This document shows, piece after piece, positions 35,596 to 47,376 of a DNA stretch of 64,000 nt. The stretch is from assembly GCA_973895155.1 (NCBI GenBank), contig OZ316899.1:2935455-2999454 (forward strand), given 5' to 3'. The notes below the pieces were generated by a model. That model saw nothing but the letters and a program-made list of their open reading frames with translations. It was not told the DNA's origin and searched no databases. Numbering within the stretch: the stretch's first letter is position 1; the number at the start of each line of letters is the position of its first letter. A program made the position numbers and the translations under genes. This DNA is from Marsupella aquatica (taxonomy: Eukaryota; Plantae; Marchantiophyta).

Positions 35596-38238
35596 ATGTC
35601 GCACACGATCCTCTCCAGCTCGGCCATTCGATTCTGGACGCAGTTCCTATCTACCGGAAGGCACTTGGCCGATTCATTGAAACACGCCAACCCGCGCCGA
35701 TACGAGATCGAACATGAATACGAGAGAGCCATCCGCCTAGCAGGACGACACCACTACGTCCTTAACTTTGACTACCCGTCTCAGAGCGAGCTTTACCGAC
35801 CAGCTGAGGTATCTGGGTACTTCTTCAACGGAGACAAATATATCGGGTTCTGGGAAGCATTGCTTCGGCTTCCGGACGAGGTCTTCAATATCCCGGGTAC
35901 AATCGACCTGCAGCGACATCACTTCGACCACATCCCTGCCCAGGTTCGGGCTGTCATTAACGGCGAGTCCAGTACCAACCGTTCGACAAGGGCGTCCGCA
36001 CTCGCTTCGGAGAACTTCTACCAGCACCTGCAGAGCTTCATGGGAACTCGGCCATCAACCAACATGACCAACTCAGCCGGGCCCGTACCCGTACCCGTAC
36101 CCGTGCCCATGCAACCTCAGCTTCAGCTTCAGCCTCAGCCGCAGCCTAGCCAAACCCCACCACCTATCACCCAGCCAGCACAGGTACGCTCCGTCATCAA
36201 TGCTGTGGATCTTAGCGATGACGACGAGGCTACCCCACCCTTGACCAGGCGGCCCAGAGGAACAAGCGCTCGGGGGGCCGACACTATATCGTCCCCACCC
36301 CCTGCTCTGACCCCAGGAGCGGCCCCAGCAGACAACATGGTGACCGTGGCCGCCCCGGGCCCGTTACCAACCGCAGTGGCACTCCCCAGGCCCGATCGAG
36401 AGGATGGGGAAGTATCACCTTCCCCGAGTCAGTCACGGGGAAAGAAGAGGAAGGAATCCGCCACTGCATCCGGGTTACCGTTGGCCACGGTAGCCGTAGC
36501 CAAGGTGACGATGCATCGCATGGGGGAAAACGTTCACAGCAACATCCTCCATCCCAAGCATGCGGTGTACCTGAAGACTCAGGGATTTGAGCACCTCGCC
36601 TCTCTCCCCTGGAACACTTGCAGGTACTACAGGGAGGACATGACAGAATTTGTCAAGAATTATGACGACGTACGTCAACAGACTCGGCTGCGGGGAAGGA
36701 ATATGTCCCTCACAGAAGAACGGCTCAAGATGATCTTCGGGTTACCCGAAGGTGACCATCGAGTCGAATCACGGGCTCCCGGGGGCAAGGGGGCCAAGTA
36801 CCAATCTTCAAGTTTTCCCTCAGAGGGATCAGTAGACAACGGGTTCGTGATGAGGACCTGCCTCATGCCCGAGATAGCTGAGCGGCTGGAGTTCCAGAGG
36901 TACGCTCTCCACATGATGGAACCCCGGGGGGAGATCTTCGCCGCCCAGGTTATCCAGGTCGAGAACTATCGACCTAGGAAATGGGCGTCGTACTTCGCTA
37001 AGAAATTCCATGAAGAGATGGAGCGGCGAAGGAAGACGCTGTACATTGGCGGGAAGGCGTATTTTGCTAGCCACATCGAAATCATTCTTGAGTGGTACGC
37101 CCGGTTTGATCGACGAACCCTTCCCCGCATCAACGTTACAAAGCTGGTCCCAGCTAGGTGGGTTTTTCCGGCATTGGAGAGACGGCCCCAACCCGAGGCC
37201 CGAAGTCCAGTGGACACGCCAGCTTCACCCACCCCACCTCCACAAATAGCTGTAATCGTAACCGAGGAGGCGCCGGAGGGGTCGGTCGTCGCAACCGTTG
37301 ATGTGACCCAACTAGCCGGGCTAAGTACAAAAGTTGGTACGGCAGAGGTCTTACCCGAACCCGGGTCTCCCAAGGACCCGCCGGTGGCAATTCCGGAGAA
37401 CCGGACATCGCTGCAGGAGGACACTCCAGCCCCTTCCAACGTTATGTCCCCAGGGCTGGACGTCACTGCCCCGGCCCCTGCGCGTGTTGATGTCTGCCCG
37501 TGCCCAAATCCGGACAGGCACAACTTGGACCACCCGAAACTCTTCGTACAGAGTACGTTTCTGAACGGGCTTCTGGGAGATTTCTCTCATCAAATTGCCC
37601 GGGATACCGGGGAGTTCATGGCCCGGAAGGTAGCCTGTTTCTTCAATCAGGAGTTAGTTGCCGCCGTAAAGGCAGGTCGGGCCCAGTCGGAGGTCCTTCA
37701 GAGGATAGAGCGGTACCGGGTGGAGTCCGTGTACCTAAAGAACGAAGTGGCGGCTCAAGAGGCTGAGCTTCTGCAACTACGACCCAAGGTTGCAGCCGCC
37801 GATGAGTTGTTAGCAAAGGCGTACGCTCTTACCGCCCTAGCCGAACAGGCCAAAGCTGGGAACGAGGCCGAGATTACACGACTTCGGAACCAGATTGATA
37901 GTTTGAAGAAACAAGCTGTCACCTGGCAGAAAGACCTGGAGGAGGCCGAGGAGCGAGCCCAGCGGGACGCGACGGAGATAGCCACGCTGCAGGCCGAGAT
38001 GGCGCGGCTCCAAACCGAGGCCGAGAAGCAGGACCAGCTGGCGAGTAAACTGACGAGCGACGCCCAGCAGCTGGAGGAGGCATGTCAGGAGGCAGCAGAG
38101 GAGACGGACGCGGCGAGGCGAGAGAACGAATCTCTGCTGGACCAGGTCCAGCTCCTCAAGGCGGACAATGACAGGCTTCAAAGGCAGCGGGATGGCTGTT
38201 CCCATTCGGGCGGCTCTGGCAAGCGTGCCAGGCATTAG
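35596..38238 (+). CDS. Intact 880-aa LTR-encoded accessory protein (N-terminal domain, Pro/Gln-rich linker, plant-transposon-like domain, long coiled coil, basic C-terminus)
   Basis: Uninterrupted ORF wholly inside the LTR; homologous ORFs in all family A LTRs; basic motifs RGKKRKE and GKRARH; no obvious transmembrane segment. Confidence 0.88.
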   Translation: MSHTILSSSAIRFWTQFLSTGRHLADSLKHANPRRYEIEHEYERAIRLAGRHHYVLNFDYPSQSELYRPAEVSGYFFNGDKYIGFWEALLRLPDEVFNIPGTIDLQRHHFDHIPAQVRAVINGESSTNRSTRASALASENFYQHLQSFMGTRPSTNMTNSAGPVPVPVPVPMQPQLQLQPQPQPSQTPPPITQPAQVRSVINAVDLSDDDEATPPLTRRPRGTSARGADTISSPPPALTPGAAPADNMVTVAAPGPLPTAVALPRPDREDGEVSPSPSQSRGKKRKESATASGLPLATVAVAKVTMHRMGENVHSNILHPKHAVYLKTQGFEHLASLPWNTCRYYREDMTEFVKNYDDVRQQTRLRGRNMSLTEERLKMIFGLPEGDHRVESRAPGGKGAKYQSSSFPSEGSVDNGFVMRTCLMPEIAERLEFQRYALHMMEPRGEIFAAQVIQVENYRPRKWASYFAKKFHEEMERRRKTLYIGGKAYFASHIEIILEWYARFDRRTLPRINVTKLVPARWVFPALERRPQPEARSPVDTPASPTPPPQIAVIVTEEAPEGSVVATVDVTQLAGLSTKVGTAEVLPEPGSPKDPPVAIPENRTSLQEDTPAPSNVMSPGLDVTAPAPARVDVCPCPNPDRHNLDHPKLFVQSTFLNGLLGDFSHQIARDTGEFMARKVACFFNQELVAAVKAGRAQSEVLQRIERYRVESVYLKNEVAAQEAELLQLRPKVAAADELLAKAYALTALAEQAKAGNEAEITRLRNQIDSLKKQAVTWQKDLEEAEERAQRDATEIATLQAEMARLQTEAEKQDQLASKLTSDAQQLEEACQEAAEETDAARRENESLLDQVQLLKADNDRLQRQRDGCSHSGGSGKRARH

Positions 38239-39146
38239 CGGCGGAGTAGGAATAGATTAGGATTAGGATTGGCTTAGTCAGGCTCTTGGGACAGGCACCT
38301 GCCTTAGGTACAGCAGCGCTGCCCTGCTGTCCAGCCTGCGTAAATTAGGATCTTCTAATAAGACACAGCCGTTTTCCGGCCTGACTGTCAGCTTAGTTAG
38401 GACCTTAGTCAGTGAATCTTCGGCGAGAGGACACCCCGTTCCTCGGCTCTTAGTATTTAGTGCACCCCTCGGTAGAGGCAGGGGGGTTTTTAGTTTCAGA
38501 GTCGGACATCCGCGGGACATGCGGGGAGTCCCGACCTCTGGGAATGACAGAGTACCAAGGGGAGGGGGTAGGACTAAGCTCGCCGGGCGAGTGCGGAGCC
38601 GGGCTCCGTTGTAGTGTGCACCCTCGGCCTTGAACCTGTGCATTCCAGGGCTGTCGTGTCAACTAAGTGTACGCATATGTTCCCTTTGTAGTAAAATCCT
38701 TTCCCATCATTTTCCTTCATGTAAATCGAGATTGTATGCATGTGTGCGCATATGTGTGTGGGTTTCTCGTATATGGGTGGCAGCGCCAGGCCGAACGCAC
38801 TACCCGAGATGTGCACAGGGTGCAGCCTGCGGGTAAGTGGTTGCGAGCACGGGTTGAGGACCTGTATCATCGAATCCGGATCAAAGGCGGACAGCACGAA
38901 GGCTTAGAAGCCCTTAAGCCGGGGTCGATCCTGCTATCGACTAAGGTACGTTCCGGCGGCGGAACACAAACCATACCTAGGAGGTGTTCGTATTTAGCAG
39001 TATGCGCACTTAGCGCTAGTTTACGAGAATAAGGTGCATTACGTGCTTCCCTTCCTGCCCGAACCCTCAGATTTACGAGGGATGTGCCCGTCTAAGCTGA
39101 AGTCTGAGTTAAGGCCGAAGCCTACGACGTGACATAGCCTTTGTTT

Positions 39147-39164
39147 TGGCGCTAGATGGAGGGG
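39147..39164 (+). other. A3 primer-binding site, tRNA-Asn-like
   Basis: TGGCGCTAGATGGAGGGG, 12 nt after the LTR end. Confidence 0.72.
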
Positions 39165-39257
39165 GCACTCTACATATCATAGAGGGGAGACATGTGCGTA
39201 TTCACCTAGGCAGGATACATCAGGACGTAGTACTAACCATTGCATTTATATGAGTAA

Positions 39258-42200
39258 ATGCCCGTCACTCGTTCTCAAGCAGCTTATTTGAGGAGATTGA
39301 CCAGCGAACGAGAAAGTGCAACCACAACAAGCTCCGACTCGTCGGGCTCGGAGGACTCGCAATCGTCCCGACGTATGAACATACCCCCGGGATCTTCGGG
39401 GTCCGGTTCGACCGGCCCTACTGCGGTTCCACCACCACCACCACCACCACCACCTATGGCAGCCGCTCCACCGGTGGCCCGCGCTACTCAGGCGCCTCCA
39501 CAAATATCGCAACGATCGCGATTTCATTATCGACCTTTCAAAGGGCGTCATGGGGATGATCCGGATGAATGGTTGGATGAGTTTGAAGCCACTGCTAAAG
39601 CTAATGGGGAAGACGCCATTAAGCTAACCGTCCTCCCGGGAGTGATGCGGGGAGAAGCTCGTCCATGGTACAACTCATTACCACCCGGGACTACCTGGGC
39701 ACAATTCCAAGCTGCATTGCTGCAGGAGTTTCGTGCCATTGGATCAGAACAGCGTTCTCTATTAAAGATTGGCCAGCTTCGCATGGGAAAAAGGGAGTCC
39801 CTGCGGAAGTTCATTCAGAAGTTTCAGAAACTTGCGGCCAAGATCCGGCCCAGGCCAGGAGACGCGCTCCAGCTTACATGGTTCCTTCATGGTTTGCCCA
39901 CGAATATGCAATTCTGGGTACGCCAGAATAATCCAATTTCAATGCAGGCGGCCATAGCGTGCGCCGAAACTTAACGGGAGTCCACCTATAACTCCCGGCG
40001 GAGCCAGCGAGCACGCCGCAGGAAGGGTAAGTACGAAACCTTCAGTGACAGTGACTCCGAATCGGACGATGAGAGGAAGAAGAAACGCAAGAAGAAGAAG
40101 AAACATCGTTCGACCTCGTCCAGCTCCGAGACGGAATCCAGTTCGGATTCAGCTTCAAGCATCGGATCCTCTACCTCCAGTTCATCAGGAAGTGACTTGG
40201 AGAGCGAAAGCCGGAGCAAAAAGAAGAAGAGACGAGTGAAGAAGGAGGGGAAGATTAAACCCCGGGCGCGAAGAACGATACCAGATCCAAAGGCTGCCGA
40301 AGCAGACAAGCTGAACGAAATCACGGATCGACTCAAAGCACTGTCAGTACATCTTGCAGAAAAGCCGGTGGAGAAGAAGAAGCCATCTGAGATTCGAGCC
40401 CATGCGTGGTGTTCAAAGTGCTTCCAATCCGGCCATGTGGTGCAGGAATGCCCAAGGTGGAAGAACCGAGTTCACCAAGTAGAGCTGGATGATGTTGACA
40501 ACCCGGGCCCCGAATCGGAGTCCACGGAGTATTTCTTTGAGGACCCTCCTGATTCCGTGTACCAGATTTCAACGGTAGGACCGCGTAATTTAGCGGGTAG
40601 AACTGCGTACCCCTACCCAAGTAATGGCCGGAGTTTCCAGGTTATCAGTAACCCGAGCATCCCTCCTAAGCCAGGGATTTGGCGGTCCCCGGTTTGTTAC
40701 AACTGTGAAAAGCCAGGACACTTTGCGAGGGAATGCACCGAACCAAGACGTCAGGGAGATGGCCGAGGCACCCCACTATGTCAAGTTTGCAAAATGGAGG
40801 CTCATTCCATGTCCAACTGTCCGTTGGTAATCGCTGCTCGAACGAGTGCGGCTAGACCGGCCCAGGCTGGACCAGTCACGAGCGATGCAGTCGTCCAAAT
40901 GATTGCTGTAGAATGGCAAGATGACAACATCGAGTGGGTGAATCTGGTGGACGTGGCGGAACACCCTAATCCATTGGATGAGGCCGAGTGCTACCGAGTG
41001 TCGACAAGGGCCGAACGGAAGGAAGAAAAGACGGAGGAGAAACGGAGGAAAAAGCAAGATACTACTCCGGTGCAACCAGCGATAAATATACCCCCGGAAA
41101 AGGACGATGACTACCGACGGGACGACCCAAAGCTGTTTTTCCCCCGCATCGAAGAATTGGTAAAGAAACAGCTGGAGGCTTACGAAGCTCGGGAATACCA
41201 GAAGGCAATCGATAAGGACATCAAAGCAGCCGAGACAGCCCGGCGTCAGGAGCAAGAAAAGCAAGATAAAGAAGAGGAAGCCAAGCAGCAGCCAACGAAA
41301 GAAACAAAGGAGGACTATGATATTAAGGAGGACGTGAAGAGTTGCCCGGTTACAGCGACGGTGGGGCAACTACTGTAGAACAACCCACAGTACAGACGAC
41401 AACTGAGGGAGTTGCTCATGGGTCGCCGAAGGAGGAGACTACCCCGAGTTGGGAGTGCGGACTGCAACATGATATGCGAGGACCTTGGAGCGCCGGACAT
41501 CTCGATCAAAATTAATAACTGTACCATCAAGATGGTTCTTGTAGACGGAGGAGCGGGAGTCAACATCATGACTGAAGAAACGTCAGTCAAGTTAGGATAC
41601 CTCACGTATCAACCCACGGCCCGAGCTATCAGATTAGCAAACGGGGCAAGGGTCCTCCCATTAGGCACACTCACACGAGTGCTCACTCTGGTGGGAGGGG
41701 TAGAGTTCTATCTCAACTTCTTAGTCATGAGGCCGGTTCGTCCCTCCTCTTATCCGGTTCTTCTGGGCAGGCCGTGGTTGTACGGTGGCCGTGTAGTCAC
41801 GGATTGGGGAAAGAAGGAGCTACGGTTCGGGGAACCCACCGTACGGGTATCCTGGGCAATGGACGATTATCAGGGAGAAACCCCACAAGGACCCAAGGAA
41901 TATGATTCGGAGACCTCGGAGGAAGAGGAACTCAATATGATCGAACTCATCTCGTCCCTATCCGAGGAAGATGTCTTCGGAGTTGAAGCAACCCGAGAAA
42001 CACATCTCCTGAATTACCCGAGAGCTGCCATTGAGTCCACCCCAAGTACATCTACTGTCGGGGATGAGGAAACGCACGAACAACTCGTCGAGACGGAGGA
42101 CACGGCTCCAGCTAAGCAGGGAGCCGAGGCTACTCCTTCCATTTCAGAGCCTCGTAACCATGAACCAGCCCAACAACCGCCTGAGGCCGAAAACTCGAGA

Positions 42201-45200
42201 CCGAGACATAAAAAGCGAGTCTCATGGGATCCGTCCATTCCGCAATTGGAGGAAGTAAACCCCATCCCGAGACCAATCCCGGTCCCACCCATGTATGGAG
42301 GGGTTCGGTTAGCTGAGCTTGACGCGAGCCTGGACCCGAGTCTGCGAAACCAGGTTGAAGTCATCAGGAAGGAGCACTACCGGAAGTACACTATTGGGAT
42401 GGACAAATCTTTTAACCTGGGCCACGCTCTGACGGGGAAGGCTGAAAAATCCATCCAAGCTTTGCTCAAGGAATATGAAGATGTGTTTGCATGGAGTCAT
42501 CATGATTTAACAGGCGTCTCCCCCGAGTTGGGAGAACACACAATCGATCTGAACCTAGGAGCCCATGCGGTACGACAGCGACAACGTCGCATGAATCCGA
42601 GGTACTCCATCTTAGTGAAGGAGGAAATTGATCGTCTCCTCGCCGCCGATATCATTTACCCGGTAATGGCCAGCGACTGGGTCTCTCCCATTGTCATTGT
42701 ACCAAAGAAGGGAGGTACGGATGGAAAACCTAAGATTCGTATCTGTCAGGACTACCGTAAGCTGAATGACGCAACCCGAAAAGACCATTACCCATTACCA
42801 TTCACGGATATGGTTCTAGATATGGTGGCCCGAAATGAAATCTATACATTTCTTGACGGGTATTCAGGTTATAACCAAATCTGGATTCGTCTCGCGGATC
42901 AGCTCAAAACAACTTTCACTACGGAGTGGGGAACGTTCGCATTTCGGAGGATGTCTTTTAGTCTGTGTAACGCCCCGGCTATGTTTCAGCGCCTTATGAT
43001 GAATATCTTCCACGATTTCCTACGGGAATTTTTGGAGATATTTATCGATGACTTTGCCATCTTCGGAACCGTTGCCATGCACCCCGAACACCTACGACAA
43101 ACGTTGCAACGATGCCGAGATGTTAACCTCAAACTACATCCCGCCAAATGCTTCTTCGGGGTAGAGGAGGGGGTGTTACTCGGGCATCGTGTGTCCAAAC
43201 GGGGCATTGAGGTGGACCAAGAGAAAGTTGCGGCCTGGATGGCGGTGGTGTTCCCCTTGGATCAAAAAGCAGTACGATCCTTCTTGGGCTGCGTAGGGTA
43301 TTACCGCCGGTTCATTAAAGACTTTGCTAAAATTGCGTTGCCCTTAACTGAGATGATGAAGAAGGACGCAGCGGTCGAGGAGACACCCCGAAGATGGATT
43401 GCTTTTGAGGAACTCCGTAAACGACTCACCACCGCGCCTATCATGGTCACCCCAGACTGGAATAAGGAGTTCCACGTGTATGTCGATGTGTCAGGGTTCT
43501 GTATCGGATCCGTACTTAGTCAGCTAGATGAGGATGGACGTGATCACCCCATCTATTTTGCTAGCCGTCAACTATTTGCAGCCGAAAAGAATTATTCCCC
43601 CACTGATCGAGAAGCTTTGGGAATAATCTACTCGTGTAAAAAGTTCCGACACTATCTGCTAGGCTACAAGGTCATTTTCCACACGGATCATGATAGCCTG
43701 AAGTACATGGTCAACAAAGCGGATGTGACAGGACGGATAGCCCGGTGGGTGCTACTTCTCCAGGAATTTAATTACGAAGTTCGGGTTCGGCCAGGAAGGG
43801 TACACCTCAATGCCGATTTCTTTTCACGACTGGACGGCGTACCAGTCGATCAGCCAATTGATGATATTTTTCCGGATGAGGAGTTGTTCCACGTGGGGGA
43901 AGGGACACCAACGTGGTACGGCTCAATAATCACCTTCCTTTTAACGGGCCGCATCCCTGACGGCATCAATCAGGAGGCCGCCGCTGTGTTTTTACGGAAA
44001 GCCAGGCCTTACGTCATGATACAGGGTCACCTACATAAGGAAGGTATTAACGGAAAGTTACGACGCTGCTTAGAGTATAAGGAGACACTTATCGTGATAC
44101 GGGCCCTGCATGAAGAAGAAGCTGGAGGCCATTTCACGGCAGTTACGACAGCCCGAAAGATTCTGGACTCGGGGTATTGGTGGCCTACGTTGCATCGGGA
44201 TGTACAGCGCTTCATTAAGGGCTGTGACTTGTGTCAGCGAGCGGGGGCCCCGAGGCGGGCTCATCATCACCCGCTCACATCTGTGCTTCCATTGGCACCA
44301 TTCGAAAAATGGGGAATTGATTATATCGGACCATTCACTCCCGTTACCCGAAGGCGAAGGTGCAGATACATCCTATTAGCTATTGATTACTCCACCAAAT
44401 GGGTCGAAGCGCGGGCTACGGTAAAGGACGACGCCGCAACCAGTGCCAGATTCTTATACGAACAGATTTTCACCCGATTCGGACCGCCCTTAGAATTGGT
44501 AAGCGACCGTGGAACCCACTTCCTCAATGACACCGTAGCCCAGCTTACGGAGCGTTACCTAGTCAAGCACCGCAAGACTACCCCATATCATCCTAAAGCC
44601 AACGGGATGGCGGAGAGAGCAAATGGTATCATTGGGAAGATCCTCAACAAAACTGTAGCTGCGCACAAAACGGATTGGGATGATAAGTTGTACGCGGCGG
44701 TGTACTCGTATAATCTAGCTTACAAAACTACTACGAGTCACAGCCCGTACTTTCTGGTGTTCGGCCAACATTCGTTGGTGCCCGTCGAATTTGAAGTGCA
44801 CACTCCACGGGTCAGCATTCGGGATCGCTTACCTGAATCTGAAAGTCTGTCAGACCGAGCTTATCAGATTGAAGCCTTGGAAGAAGCACGGCTACTGGCA
44901 GCTCGACACACCGTGAAGAAACAGGCAACTTCGAAGAAGCAGCACGACAAAGGACTACGGAGGGTCGACGTCATGGCAGGCGATCTAGTCCTTCTGTACG
45001 ATAGTAGGTACATGCAGTTTCCAGGGAAGCTGCATACCCGGTGGTTGGGGCCCTTCCTTGTCAATCAGATCTACCGAAACGGATCTTTGGAGCTTGCGAC
45101 GTATGCCAGCGATTTACTCCCCACGCGAATCAGCTACGATCGTGTAAAAAAGTACCACCATCAAGATGACGACGCCGATAGCGATGTTCGCGAGGACGCT

Positions 45201-45254
45201 TCACAATTAAGCAGGGAGCTATGTGACGCCGCCGGTACGACGGTTAATGAGTGA
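39258..45254 (+). pseudogene. gag-pol: A3 gag-pol, single frame (~1998 codons) with two premature stops; Athila-like, no chromodomain
   Basis: ORFs 39258-39974, 40197-41378 and 41412-45254 share one frame; stops TAA (39972; TAC in sister copies) and TAG (41376; CAG in A2). PR VLVDGGAG, RT RICQDYRKLNDATRKDHYPLPF/FIDD, RH YVDVSG, IN HEEEAGGH..CDLC, DDE core, GPF. Confidence 0.95.
45209..45221 (+). other. A3 polypurine tract
   Basis: AAGCAGGGAGCTA immediately before TGTGACG; same motif before the A2 3' LTR (58765-58777). Confidence 0.8.
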
Positions 45255-47303
45255 TTCAGTCTAACTGCGCTCGGCACGCGCGTTAGGTGGGTCTTAGGCC
45301 GCTATTATTAGCATAACGACAGTATTTAGGTAATCATTAGGGGTAGGACATCATTAGGCAATAAGGGGGACTTCAGGTTCGGGCTGGCGGCGGGTTGCTA
45401 TTCGCACACCCGGGTTACGAGTGTGGAGGGGCCCCTCCCTCGGGTCCGTATAACGAACTTAAGGAAGCGGCCACTGACGCACGCTGACTCAGACCGGCGG
45501 AGTGGCCGGTACACCACAAGCGTGAGCGGTTCAACCTATGGGCGTCGAGGAGACGTCGTGGATCGACAAGCCCTCAAAGTATAAAAGGGGAGCCAACCCT
45601 TTGTAGTGCACCAATCCATCAGTCCGCGCGCCAGCTTTGACCCCAGCTCTCTCGTTCTCTCTAGGTCACCACTACTATCTCCTCTGAATGTCGCACACGA
45701 TCCTCGCCTCTCTCCCCTGGAACACTTGCAGGTACTACGGGGAGGACATGACAGAATTTGTCAAGAATTATGACGACGTACGTCAACAGACTCGGCTGCG
45801 GGGAAGGAATATGTCCCTCACAGAAGAACGGCTCAAGATGATCTTCGGGTTACCCGAAGGTGACCATCGAGTCGAATCACGGGCTCCCGGGGGCAAGGGG
45901 GCCAAGTACCAATCTTCAAGTTTTCCCTCAGAGGGATCAGTAGACAACGGGTTCGTGATGAGGACCTGCCTCATGCCCGAGATAGCTGAGCGGCTGGAGT
46001 TCCAGAGGTACGCTCTCCACATGATGGAACCCCGGGGGGAGATCTCCGCCGCCCAGGTTATCCAGGTCGAGAACTATCGACCTAGGAAATGGGCGTCGTA
46101 CTTCGCTAAGAAATTCCATGAAGAGATGGAGCGGCGAAGGAAGACGCTGTACATTGGCGGGAAGGCGTATTTCGCTAGCCACATCGAAATCATTCTTGAG
46201 TGGTACGCCCGGTTTGATCAACGAACCCTTCCCCGCATCAACGTTACAAAGCTGGTCCCAGCTAGGTGGGTTTTTCCGGCATTGGAGAGACGGCCCCAAC
46301 CCGAGGCCCGAAGTCCAGTGGACACGCCAGCTTCACCCACCCCACCTCCACAAATAGCTGTAATCGTAACCGAGGAGGCGCCGGAGGGGTCGGTCGTCGC
46401 AACCGTTGATGTGACCCAACTAGCCGGGCTAAGTACAGAAGTTGGTACGGCAGAGGTCTTACCCGAACCCGGGTCTCCCAAGGACCCGCCGGTGGCAATT
46501 CCGGAGAACCGGACATCGCTGCAGGAGGACACTCCAGCCCCTTCCAACATTATGTCCCCAGGGCTGGACGTCACTGCCCCGGCCCCTGCGCGTGTTGATG
46601 TCTGCCCGTGCCCAAATCCGGACAGGCACAACTTGGACCACCCGGAACTCTTCGTACAGGGTACGTTTCTGAACGGGCTTCTGGGAGATTTCTCTCATCA
46701 AATTGCCCGGGATACCGGGGAGTTCATGGCCCGGAAGGTAGCCTGTTTCTTCAATCAGGAGTTGGTTGCCGCCGTAAAGGCAGGTCGGGCCCAGTCGGAG
46801 GCCCTTCAGAGGATAGAGCGGTACCGGGTGGAGTCCGTGTACCTAAAGAACGAAGTGGCGGCTCAAGAGGCTGAGCTTCTGCAACTACGACCCAAGGTTG
46901 CAGCCGCCGATGAGTTGTTAGCAAAGGCGTACGCTCTTACCGCCCTAGCCGAACAGGCCAAAGCTGGGAACGAGGCCGAGATTACACGACTCCGGAACCA
47001 GATTGACAGTTTGAAGAAACAAGCTGTCACCTGGCAGAAAGACCTGGAGGAGGCCGAGGAGCGAGCCCAGCGGGACGCGACGGAGATAGCCACGCTGCAG
47101 GCCGAGATGGCGCGGCTCCAAACCGAGGCCGAAAAGCAGGACCAGCTGGCGAGTAAACTGACGAGCGACGCCCAGCAGCTGGAGGAGGCATGTCAGGAGG
47201 CAGCAGAGGAGACGGACGCGGCGAGGCGAGAGAACAAATCTCTACTGGACCAGGTCCAGCTCCTCAAGGCGGACAATGACAGGCTTCGAAGGCAGCGGGA
47301 TGG
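45222..47303 (+). repeat. A3 3' LTR, left part (984-bp internal deletion; interrupted by chromovirus)
   Basis: Near-identical to 35130-~38194 apart from loss of 35614-36597. Confidence 0.95.
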
Positions 47304-47376
47304 AGTGGTGGCCTTCCCACCACGTGCCCGTCCAAACTCGTTTCTCAGCCTTGAAACAAGTCGAACCTTGCACTAA
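45688..47376 (+). pseudogene. LTR ORF, A3 3' copy: in-frame deletion, C-terminus replaced by chromovirus LTR sequence
   Basis: MSHTIL fused to ASLPWN; reads into the chromovirus after RRQRDG. Confidence 0.9.

Larger units (their letters stand above)
35130..39134 (+). repeat. A3 5' LTR (4005 bp)
   Basis: TGTGACG...CGTGACA; bounded by the TSD on the left and the PBS on the right; very similar to the 3' LTR. Confidence 0.96.

Noticed and set aside
36611-37766. Numerous 60-190-aa overlapping ORFs opposite or out of frame to the main ORFs across the window
   Set aside because: Shadow ORFs of GC-rich coding sequence, with no motifs and no consistent conservation between copies.
35596-38238. LTR ORF as an env gene
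   Set aside because: No signal peptide or hydrophobic transmembrane stretch is evident; it has basic NLS-like motifs and a coiled coil instead.
38254-38273. (GATTAG)n here and TTAGGGTTAGGG near 62728 as telomeric repeats
   Set aside because: Only 2-3 units, fixed parts of LTR sequence.
45222-45254. A3 pol reading through the PPT into the 3' LTR as a programmed feature
   Set aside because: A2 has a stop just before the PPT (tca aat taa); A3 has one extra base there, so a private indel is the simpler explanation.
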